Assembly (NCBI GenBank): GCA_030668875.1
Contig: DAOVER010000019.1
Span: 26,651-58,650 of the forward strand
From: Candidatus Heimdallarchaeota archaeon
Lineage (GTDB): Archaea; Asgardarchaeota; Heimdallarchaeia; Heimdallarchaeales; Heimdallarchaeaceae
Direction of reading: 5' to 3'
DNA: 32,000 bases
Positions within the stretch are counted from its first letter, which is position 1. Every line of letters starts with the position of its first letter. Made by a program: the position numbers and the translations under genes. The notes beneath the pieces were generated by a model that was not told the origin of the DNA, did not search any database, and saw only the letters and a list, made by a program, of their open reading frames with translations. Shown here piece after piece: positions 24,014 to 32,000 of this stretch.

Positions 24014-26350
24014 TTGACTTCTGTGAGTGAAAAAGATACAAAAACGATTAATGTTACAGGAATGACATGTGCAGCCTGTGTTTCTAGAGTAGAAAAGGCT
24101 CTTGTTTCCTTAGATGGAATTGAAACAGCTTCTGTTAATCTACTTAGTAACAGCGCACAAATAATTTATGATTCTGAGATTGTTAATGATAAACAAATAT
24201 TGAAAGCAGTTGAAAAGGCAGGGTACAAAGCTTCAGAGAAGTCTGATGATTCATCATATATGAAAAATGAAAAACTTATTGATATGAGAAACAGGTTTAT
24301 TGCAAGTTTAGTTCTGGCTTTACCAGTTTTCGTTTTTGCTATGGGACATATGATCCCATTCAATAGCTGGTTTCCAAGTCTGGCTACATGGTTAATGAGT
24401 ACCTATATTTTTCCGAATATGTTACTTTCAAATTTCCTTCAGTTAATCTTAACAACACCCATCCAATTCGTAATAGCTTATCCTTTCTATAAAGCAGCTT
24501 GGAAGAGTTTAATTAACAAAAGTGCATCAATGGATGTCCTTGTAGTTCTTGGAACAAGTGCTGCTTACTTTTACAGCTTATTTTCAATAATCTACGCTTT
24601 CTATGTACCTGCTTATCATGGTTCAGTATTTTTTGAAACAGCTGCGATACTTCTTACTTTCATCTTCTTTGGGAAATATCTTGAAGAAATTGCTAAAGGA
24701 AGAACATCAGAAGCAATTAAGAAATTAATCGAACTTAAACCTGATACAGCTTTAATCATACGAGATGGAGAGGAAGTTGTAATAACAATTGATGATGTCG
24801 TGGTTGGAGATATCTGTGTAATCAAACCTGGAGATAGCGTTCCAGTTGATGGAATTGTTATCGAAGGTCAAACCTATGTGAATGAAAGTATGATAACTGG
24901 AGAAAGTGTTTCAGTATTCAAAGAATCAAATGATGGTATGATTGGTGGAACAATTAATGAAAATGGTTTCATTAAAATGGAAGCAAAAAAAATTGGTAAA
25001 GATACAACACTTAGCCAGATCATCACAATGGTAGATGAGGCTCAAACATCTAAAATACCTATACAGAAGCTTGCAGACAGAATTTCTGCATGGTTCGTCC
25101 CCGCTGTAGTAATATTATCGCTAATTACTCTCACAGTTTGGTATCTCCTATTTCAATTTGGACCTCTTGATATCAACACAATTACCGGTGGGGTAGAAGC
25201 AGGCATCAGTTCGACATTCCTCTATTCTTTCCTATTAGCGATTACAGTCTTAGTAATATCTTGTCCTTGTGCACTAGGTTTGGCAACACCAACAACAATT
25301 ATGGTTGGAACTGGCTTGGGAGCGCAAAATGGTATTCTAATACGAAACGGTGAGGCTTTGGAAATAGCTCGAAATGTTAATGTTGTTCTTTTTGATAAAA
25401 CTGGAACAATAACTGAAGGATCTCCAAAAGTTACAAATATAGTTACTAGAACTAAACAATTTGATGAAGGAAGTATTCTCAGAATCGCTGCATCTTTGGA
25501 AAAAGGTTCCGAACATTCAATTGCAAAAGCAATAATCCAAAAATCAGAAGAGGAAAAAATCTCTCTCTCTAAAATTGAAGATTTCAAAGCACATCCAGGT
25601 AAAGGTATTGAAGCAAAAATAGATGGAATTCAATATGCGATCGGTAATCGAAAGTTAAGCATATCATTATCAGCTACAATTGAAGAAACTTTAGAACAGA
25701 ATATGGAAGGTTTAGAAGAACAAGGTAAAACAGTTATTCTAGTAATTCAAGAAAACATTGCAATTGGTTTCATCGCAGTTTCTGATACAATTAAGCAAAA
25801 CTCCAAAGATGCTATTACCATGCTACAGCAAATGGGGTTAAAAGTTGCAATGGTGAGTGGTGACAACAGACGAGCTGCAAATGCAATCGCAAATGAAGTA
25901 GGCATTGATGAGATCCATGCTGAAGTTTTGCCAGAGCAAAAAGTTGATGTTGTATCGAATTACCAAGACAAGAATCAAAAGGTGCTTTTCGTAGGTGACG
26001 GAATAAATGATGCACCAGCATTAGCTAAAGCTGATGTTGGAATTGCTATAGGTTCAGGTACCGATGTTGCTATAGAAACAGGAGAGATAATACTAGTTAA
26101 AGATGATTTGAGAGATGTTGTAACAGCAATAGATCTAAGTAAGAAGACCATTCGAAAGGTGAAAATGGGTCTGTTCTGGGCATTAATATATAATACATTA
26201 GGGATTCCAATTGCTGCAGGGTTTTTAGTACCTATAGGTTTTCTATTACCTGCAGAGTTAGCTGGATTGGCAATGGCATTGTCATCTGTTTCTGTTGTCA
26301 TAAATGCATTGCTTCTAAAAAAATACAAGAATCCTTTCGAGAAAAGATAA
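24014..26350 (+). CDS. copA: Cu(I)-exporting P1B-1 ATPase with one N-terminal metal-binding domain
   Basis: GMTCAAC, TGES, CPCALGLA, DKTGT, SEH, GDGINDAPA, YN (ALIYN) and MxxSS (AMALSS). TTG start after GAGGG. Confidence 0.95.
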   Translation: MTSVSEKDTKTINVTGMTCAACVSRVEKALVSLDGIETASVNLLSNSAQIIYDSEIVNDKQILKAVEKAGYKASEKSDDSSYMKNEKLIDMRNRFIASLVLALPVFVFAMGHMIPFNSWFPSLATWLMSTYIFPNMLLSNFLQLILTTPIQFVIAYPFYKAAWKSLINKSASMDVLVVLGTSAAYFYSLFSIIYAFYVPAYHGSVFFETAAILLTFIFFGKYLEEIAKGRTSEAIKKLIELKPDTALIIRDGEEVVITIDDVVVGDICVIKPGDSVPVDGIVIEGQTYVNESMITGESVSVFKESNDGMIGGTINENGFIKMEAKKIGKDTTLSQIITMVDEAQTSKIPIQKLADRISAWFVPAVVILSLITLTVWYLLFQFGPLDINTITGGVEAGISSTFLYSFLLAITVLVISCPCALGLATPTTIMVGTGLGAQNGILIRNGEALEIARNVNVVLFDKTGTITEGSPKVTNIVTRTKQFDEGSILRIAASLEKGSEHSIAKAIIQKSEEEKISLSKIEDFKAHPGKGIEAKIDGIQYAIGNRKLSISLSATIEETLEQNMEGLEEQGKTVILVIQENIAIGFIAVSDTIKQNSKDAITMLQQMGLKVAMVSGDNRRAANAIANEVGIDEIHAEVLPEQKVDVVSNYQDKNQKVLFVGDGINDAPALAKADVGIAIGSGTDVAIETGEIILVKDDLRDVVTAIDLSKKTIRKVKMGLFWALIYNTLGIPIAAGFLVPIGFLLPAELAGLAMALSSVSVVINALLLKKYKNPFEKR

Positions 26351-26466
26351 TATTTCAAAATTTTTTCTTTGTTTTTTCGGATACTTATCAATGTTCCTAG
26401 CTTGTAAGTGTATTCTAGTGCTGTTTTATCCGAATATATATGAGTGTCTGAATATTCAGTTACCTA

Positions 26467-26985
26467 ATGATAGGAATTGAACTGGATCTCATCAATAAAA
26501 GAAAGACCACCAATATTAGTTTTATTGGGACAATTGATTATCCAGCTTCTTATATACCTCACTTGATTGAAGGATTAAATTATTCTAATTTCATACCTTT
26601 TATTAGATATAGAACAAACAGATTGTTTTTCATATATTGGCAATCTTTTACCTCTAATTGTCTTACATTAGAATATCTTACCGATTTGCGAATGAGATTA
26701 AGTTTGAAGTATTATAAAGGAGATACAATGAAAGTTAATGATTATAGTGTAGACACCTTCAATGAGTATGAAGCACATTTTTTGAAAGGTCAATGGAGAA
26801 ATGAAAAGGATCGTGTTAAAGGAGTTTTTGAACTAATGACTGTTCATGCTGGAAACTTCTTATTGCTTTTCGACATATCCACAACAGAAAATGACTTTTC
26901 TAGCTCTGGAATTTCAGAATTACGAGAAATACGTGATAGTTTTAACTTCTCCGATGAACTTGAAATAGATACGGGAATAAATTGA
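26467..26985 (+). CDS. Hypothetical protein, possibly PsbP/Mog1/DcrB-like fold
   Basis: 172-aa ATG ORF. IDYPASY near the N-terminus and IRDSFNF near the C-terminus resemble PsbP-like family ends (weak). Confidence 0.5.
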   Translation: MIGIELDLINKRKTTNISFIGTIDYPASYIPHLIEGLNYSNFIPFIRYRTNRLFFIYWQSFTSNCLTLEYLTDLRMRLSLKYYKGDTMKVNDYSVDTFNEYEAHFLKGQWRNEKDRVKGVFELMTVHAGNFLLLFDISTTENDFSSSGISELREIRDSFNFSDELEIDTGIN

Positions 26986-27060
26986 GTCTTCATTCGTTGT
27001 TGGTAAAGTTTATATATTCCTCAACAAAGTGTGCAAAAAGAAAAAACTAGGAGTTCTCAC

Positions 27061-28299
27061 ATGAAATTTAGTAAAAAATGGTTATTTATGATTCTAATTG
27101 GTTTCATCATATTCTCATCGTTTCCCCAAACAACATCTGGTGTGGTTTTTTACACTGATTTCATGCCACATCTTGCAGAAGGAGGTAACGAAGAATATGT
27201 TCTCATTTACAAATACGATACAATCTCAAATGACAAAGTTGTTTTCGAACATCTAAAATCACGTATCTGCAGACGAACTCCAACTGAATTTCAAACAGCA
27301 GAATCTGATGATACTCTCATAATAACATGGGATTTCACTTATGAAGGAAGGGCAATAGAATCAAATAAAACAGATATCATATATTTCAACGACCGCTCTT
27401 ACGTGTTCATAGCAGCGGAGGATACAACATCAGGTTTTCTATCCTTCTTTGTTACTTTTAGTGAAGATAATGGAGCTACATGGGAAGATATTCAATTACT
27501 AACCAATACTACTGTGATTATTGATTATTTCTTGGGATTTGGAGCTGCAAATCTAGCTACAGACTTATTCATAGCTTATAGTTATAAAATAAATCCGTCA
27601 GGTTCTATTACACGATCAGAAATACTAACCATTGATCCAATCTCTCTAGATGTAGAGCTAAGTGCAATAAGTAACGATTATTATGGTGATGATTTCAATC
27701 TCTACGCAGATGAAAATATTATATATGTTGTTTCAACTTATGAAGATGCTTCTGAAAGATTTATCAGATTAACCTCTACTTCAAATGGTACTGATTTTGA
27801 TGAAGCAGAAGCATTATTAGCTCCTCCATATGGGCTTGCTGATTATTTTGAACCTACTGTAGTGGCATGGAATAAAGGTCTCTTTGTTGTAGGACACGAT
27901 CTAATTGAAGATATATTTGATGAAGAACAAAACATAACTTTTACAGAATATCTCCTCTGGGGATATTACGTTGGAGACATAGCTGATTCCGAAACCTGGG
28001 TAGACAAAACAGTAGTGAAAGATGAAGCAGCAGGGTATACACGTAAATCGCCAAGTCTATCAACCTACATGGGGCAAATCTTCTTAGCTTTTGAACTAAC
28101 AGAAGGAGTAAAATTAGGTGGAGGACGTCCAGAAGTAGCATTTTCATTTTCTACAAATGGAAATACATGGACAGATAATTATATGGGTGATTTCACTGTT
28201 TACTTCAATCCTGGTATTTTCTTTGCAATTGCAACAGTAGCCTGTTTTGCAATAACTTTACCAGTTTATCTCATAGTATCCAAAGCTAAAAAGAAATAA
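27061..28299 (+). CDS. Secreted, C-terminally anchored protein with Asp-box (BNR) repeats, sialidase-like beta-propeller
   Basis: Signal peptide MKFSKKWLFMILIGFIIFSS, Asp-box SEDNGATW plus degenerate TSNGTDF and STNGNTW, four N-x-S/T sequons, and a C-terminal TM followed by KAKKK. Confidence 0.7.
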   Translation: MKFSKKWLFMILIGFIIFSSFPQTTSGVVFYTDFMPHLAEGGNEEYVLIYKYDTISNDKVVFEHLKSRICRRTPTEFQTAESDDTLIITWDFTYEGRAIESNKTDIIYFNDRSYVFIAAEDTTSGFLSFFVTFSEDNGATWEDIQLLTNTTVIIDYFLGFGAANLATDLFIAYSYKINPSGSITRSEILTIDPISLDVELSAISNDYYGDDFNLYADENIIYVVSTYEDASERFIRLTSTSNGTDFDEAEALLAPPYGLADYFEPTVVAWNKGLFVVGHDLIEDIFDEEQNITFTEYLLWGYYVGDIADSETWVDKTVVKDEAAGYTRKSPSLSTYMGQIFLAFELTEGVKLGGGRPEVAFSFSTNGNTWTDNYMGDFTVYFNPGIFFAIATVACFAITLPVYLIVSKAKKK

Positions 28300-28376
28300 T
28301 TTCTCCTTTCTCTCATTTTATTTATTTTTAAAATTGAAAGAATACTTTTTTATATTTCACTTACCAGTTTACAAAC

Positions 28377-29057
28377 ATGTCTAATTCTGCTTACAACAGT
28401 TTTATTGTAATATTAGGTTTTTGCCTTATAGGTTTACCAATAATATTCATTTCTTTGAGCACAGCTCCTCCTCCTTTATCGCAGTTTCAAAGTACCATAA
28501 ATCTGGTTTCTATTCCTGGAGATTCTTTAAGTGAAGAAATTTTGGTGAATATGAAAAATGTTAATGGTAGCACATCTGATATCTGGGATGAGATTTCTGC
28601 AGTTCCTCAACTTGCAAATATCAATAATATCTCTGAACTAATATTGGCAGAAAATGAGTTTATGAGCAATTACAGTATAGATGTTTATACAGGATTTAGC
28701 GAGGAAGTCCATCTATTCATCTTGGATATGGTGGTAACCACAATTCCAACTGTTAATGAAACAAAAGACACTTTCATGGAACTATTTGGTGGATCAAATG
28801 GAACTATGCTTTCTTATATGTATTCTCCAGATGAATGGCATTCATATTATATCGACCAATCTAGCTATCCTTCAGTTAATGAAACCATAGAAGATTTCTA
28901 TACAAATTATGAATATATGGTTACTATATCTTTCTTTGCTGATTTGGATATAAATGGAACCCAAATAACTACAAGTTTTGAACGATTGGTCTTAGTTGAT
29001 GATTCTGGAATAGTAATATTCTTTCTCACAAATGAGGTTGCATGGGAGACGAAGTAA
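28377..29057 (+). CDS. N-terminally anchored extracellular glycoprotein of unknown function
   Basis: One N-terminal TM, an acidic ectodomain and seven N-x-S/T sequons. Confidence 0.65.
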   Translation: MSNSAYNSFIVILGFCLIGLPIIFISLSTAPPPLSQFQSTINLVSIPGDSLSEEILVNMKNVNGSTSDIWDEISAVPQLANINNISELILAENEFMSNYSIDVYTGFSEEVHLFILDMVVTTIPTVNETKDTFMELFGGSNGTMLSYMYSPDEWHSYYIDQSSYPSVNETIEDFYTNYEYMVTISFFADLDINGTQITTSFERLVLVDDSGIVIFFLTNEVAWETK

Positions 29058-29082
29058 TTTCATTTCCGTCTAGAGTGGTAAA

Positions 29083-30174
29083 ATGTCGAAAGAATGGAGA
29101 CTATTAAATTTAGGAGAAGTTCCTTGGAAGAGAACTCAATCTATTTATCATGCGTTAGCTTTAGTTCAAGAGGAACTAAAAACACCAAACACTCTAATTA
29201 TTATTTGGCCTAATGAACCATTTGTTTGTATTGGTCTTCATCAAATCATTGATACTTCTATAGATTTAGAAAATATTACCTCCATGAATTTACCTTATAT
29301 TAGAAGAGCCTGTGGTGGAGGATCTGTTTATTTGAATAATGAACAGATATTTTATCAAATAATATGCAGAGAAAAAGGATATCCAAAAGAGATGCAAGAG
29401 TTTTATGAATTGTTTTTAGATCCTACTGTTGAGACTTACAGACATTTTGATATTCCAGCTCAGTTTGTACCTGTAAACGATATTATTGCTGAGAATAGAA
29501 AAATAAGCGGAAATGGTGCAGTAACCTATAACAACTCAAAGGTTCTTGTTGGCAATTTTATTCTTGATTTTCCTGCTCAAAATATGTCAAAGATTCTTAA
29601 AGTTCCTGATGAAAAATTTAGAGATAAAATTGCTTCTACTTTGGAAGAAAGAATGGGGAGTTTTAGCTGTTTCTTAGATAAAATCCCCTTAAAAGAAGAG
29701 ATAATAAGAGAGTATGTTGCAAATTTTGAGAAGAGACTAGATATAAATCTGATTGAAGGGGAACTACTCCAAGAGGAAATAGATAAGATAAAGGAAATCG
29801 AAGATTTGTATGATACTGATGATTGGCTTTATTATGTTGAAAGAACTGGAAAAGAGACATACCAACAGAAAATAAAAAGCGGAACTTATTTCACATCTGT
29901 TATCAAGAAATTGCCAGGAGGTTTGATTAATTTATTCCTACAGTTTGATGAAGATAAACTCCAAGATATTATTATCTCAGGTGATTTTAGCTTAAATCCA
30001 CCTTTTGTACTTCATGAGATTGAAGAAGGATTAAAAGGAACTCCAATTGATTATGATGCTATAAGAATCAAACTAGGATCACTTCTTGATGAAAACGATG
30101 TAGAAATGCCAGGGATACAAAGAGAAGAATTAGCAAAGTTGATTGTAGAAGCATATGAAAAACTGAAAAAATAA
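29083..30174 (+). CDS. lplA: Lipoate-protein ligase A family protein with C-terminal accessory domain
   Basis: FVCIGLHQ, IRRACGGGSVY, VNDI, RKISGNG, and C-terminal IIISGDFSL. Confidence 0.85.
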   Translation: MSKEWRLLNLGEVPWKRTQSIYHALALVQEELKTPNTLIIIWPNEPFVCIGLHQIIDTSIDLENITSMNLPYIRRACGGGSVYLNNEQIFYQIICREKGYPKEMQEFYELFLDPTVETYRHFDIPAQFVPVNDIIAENRKISGNGAVTYNNSKVLVGNFILDFPAQNMSKILKVPDEKFRDKIASTLEERMGSFSCFLDKIPLKEEIIREYVANFEKRLDINLIEGELLQEEIDKIKEIEDLYDTDDWLYYVERTGKETYQQKIKSGTYFTSVIKKLPGGLINLFLQFDEDKLQDIIISGDFSLNPPFVLHEIEEGLKGTPIDYDAIRIKLGSLLDENDVEMPGIQREELAKLIVEAYEKLKK

Positions 30175-30230
30175 CTCATGTAGTGTCCATTAATTTTTTA
30201 AATTAGTTAATTAAATTCAATTTGATTTAT

Positions 30231-31091
30231 ATGAAAGTTAAGGTTTTCACTGATGTTACAACTTTTATTCCTGAAGAACTTGCGAAGGAATATGACATAG
30301 GTTTTGTTGAATTGTATCTTATGATAAATGATAAAGCTCATAAGGAGACAACAGTTGATCGAGAGAATTTCATAAATAAGGTAAAAGATATGGATCCTTA
30401 TCCAACAACAAGTCTCGCAAATGCTAATGATTACTTAGAAGCTTTTCAAAAAGCTTTAAATGATGGTTATGATCATGTGTTTCATATTGGATTAAGTTTG
30501 AATCTTTCTAACTCCTTGAGCACTGCAAATATAGCAGCGAAAAAACTAAAGAAAGGACAAGTTACTGTTTATGATAGTAGAATCATGGGAGCTTGTGAAG
30601 GGATAATGGCATTAACAGCTTCAAGACTTTTTAAGAAAGGAAAAAGCGTTGAAGAAGTTGTCAAATATCTTGATGGTCTTGATGATAAAATATACGGAGC
30701 AGGATTATCTTATAGTTTTGATGTCTTATTCAAAACTGGAAGAGTGAAGAAAGGAGCTGCTATCTCTGTGATTTCTTCTGTTATGAAATTAAAACCACTG
30801 TTTGAGCTTAATTTCGAAAAAGGTCTCATTAGTTTGGGTGGTGGAAAAGGTTTCAAAGGTGCTATAAAGAAAATTATGGAGAATATTCAAGAGAAAACAG
30901 ATTCTGAAACTGAACACATTCTTATTCTTAGTGATGCTCTATCTCCAGATTTGATGAATACCATGGAGGAAGAAATTAAAAAGATTAGAAAAATAAAGGA
31001 AGTTCATTATTGGCCTATATCAGTCATTGCTGCACATACTTTAGGTAAAGGAGCAGTTACTGCAGTATTAGGTCCATCTTGGGAAATTTAA
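30231..31091 (+). CDS. DegV/FakB family fatty-acid-binding protein
   Basis: KVFTDVTT, PTTS, LSLNLSNS, YDSR, KTGRV, LKPLF and AHTLGKGA follow the DegV motif order. ATG 30231. Confidence 0.85.
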   Translation: MKVKVFTDVTTFIPEELAKEYDIGFVELYLMINDKAHKETTVDRENFINKVKDMDPYPTTSLANANDYLEAFQKALNDGYDHVFHIGLSLNLSNSLSTANIAAKKLKKGQVTVYDSRIMGACEGIMALTASRLFKKGKSVEEVVKYLDGLDDKIYGAGLSYSFDVLFKTGRVKKGAAISVISSVMKLKPLFELNFEKGLISLGGGKGFKGAIKKIMENIQEKTDSETEHILILSDALSPDLMNTMEEEIKKIRKIKEVHYWPISVIAAHTLGKGAVTAVLGPSWEI

Positions 31092-31097
31092 TCTCTT

Positions 31098-32000
31098 TTA
31101 GCTTTCTTTTTTAAAAATTAGTATATTTTCTTTTTGCATTATATTATATAGCCCAAAAATTATTTTATCTATATTTCTCTCTAATTTGTAACCCATATTC
31201 TGGAATTGGTTTATGGTCATTTCTACTGTTTTGATTTCTTCTTTGTTAATTCTAGCGTTACCAATAATTATGACACAATATTTGTCTTTCTTAAGTACTC
31301 TATCCATTTCTAAATAGGTTTTTTCCATGTCGTTGTTATAACTAGTAATCTTATCTTTTCCTTTTCCTCTAACACCTATGAAATCTTTTCTGATTATATC
31401 AATATCATGACCAAGAGCTGAAAGTGCATGTTTATCATTTTCTACATAATCTAAAGCAATGGAATAGGGAGGAGAAGAGATAATTCCATCAATTGAATTT
31501 GAATCTAATCTCAACGCTCTTGAATCTCCTTGATAAATCTCAACCTTACCTAGTTTGAGATTGTGCTCTTTTTGTAAATCTGCATAATCAGAAATAGAAG
31601 TTATCATCCTTGCGGAATTCTTCAGAAATGACTTCCTGAAATCTTTCTTTCGTCTTCTTATCTTATCGCTATGAGCTATTAGTTCTGAAACCTTGAAGAA
31701 ATTTCTTACTTCTGCTTCTTTTATTGTACTAATTATTTGTGATATCTTAGTAATTATTTCTTCTTCTTGATCTCCTTCTAATTTCTCAAGTTTTTCCTCA
31801 AATTCAGTTTGATTATAGATAATATTATCAATATGATCTATGGATTTGGTTTTAACTTGAGAGATTAAACTACATACTTCTGATATATCGACACCAATAC
31901 AATTAATACCTAATAACTGAGCTTCTAAAGCTGCAGTTCCACTACCTACAAAAGGATCCAAAATGGTTTCACCTTCTTTTACTTTCATGAAGTTGATTAG
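31098..32000 (-). CDS. Amino-DNA methyltransferase (SPPY, N4-cytosine type likely), 5'-partial
   Basis: Motif I ILDPFVGSGT precedes motif IV IISSPPY (alpha-type order). The frame is open to the window edge (LINFMKV), so ATG 31988 is internal. Confidence 0.8.
   Translation of the reverse strand, partial: LINFMKVKEGETILDPFVGSGTAALEAQLLGINCIGVDISEVCSLISQVKTKSIDHIDNIIYNQTEFEEKLEKLEGDQEEEIITKISQIISTIKEAEVRNFFKVSELIAHSDKIRRRKKDFRKSFLKNSARMITSISDYADLQKEHNLKLGKVEIYQGDSRALRLDSNSIDGIISSPPYSIALDYVENDKHALSALGHDIDIIRKDFIGVRGKGKDKITSYNNDMEKTYLEMDRVLKKDKYCVIIIGNARINKEEIKTVEMTINQFQNMGYKLERNIDKIIFGLYNIMQKENILIFKKES

Noticed and set aside
2355-29860. Short antisense or overlapping ORFs in the track (e.g. 2355, 2931, 3512, 4109, 4971, 6021, 6459, 8949, 10066, 10366, 12312, 12792, 13452, 14500, 17178, 18316, 20118, 24166-25975, 27941, 29663)
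   Set aside because: Each lies wholly or largely over a well-supported gene and has no recognisable motif; they are shadow ORFs.

Overview
AT-rich (roughly 30% GC by eye, not computed) prokaryotic window of mainly metabolic and transport genes. It is most likely from an Asgard archaeon (inference from a TPR-longin-like fusion, a Tat-less reductive dehalogenase-like gene, GGTGA/GGAGG ribosome-binding motifs, TATA-like boxes, oligo-T terminators and N-glycosylation-rich surface proteins). In order: a metallo-beta-lactamase-fold protein that has lost most metal ligands; an RdhA/QueG-family B12/Fe-S enzyme with an N-terminal ABCE1(RLI)-type Fe-S domain; DUF72 ending in a PCNA-binding PIP box; a ~95-nt GC-rich structured intergenic element; a CxxC-x17-CxxC protein; lysine 6-aminotransferase; split formiminotransferase and cyclodeaminase; a CoA-type Nudix hydrolase; four orphan ORFs; a duplicated [CBS + CPA2 antiporter] module behind a third, broken antiporter gene; an alpha/beta hydrolase; the TPR-longin protein; a rubredoxin missed by the ORF track; two paralogous small membrane proteins; an MFS exporter; a GH2 glycosidase; an HMA-copZ-copA copper operon; two surface glycoproteins; a lipoate ligase; DegV; and a 5'-truncated SPPY DNA methyltransferase. 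I saw no rRNA, tRNA, CRISPR array, integrase or transposase. All family assignments come from motif recognition, not database searches.
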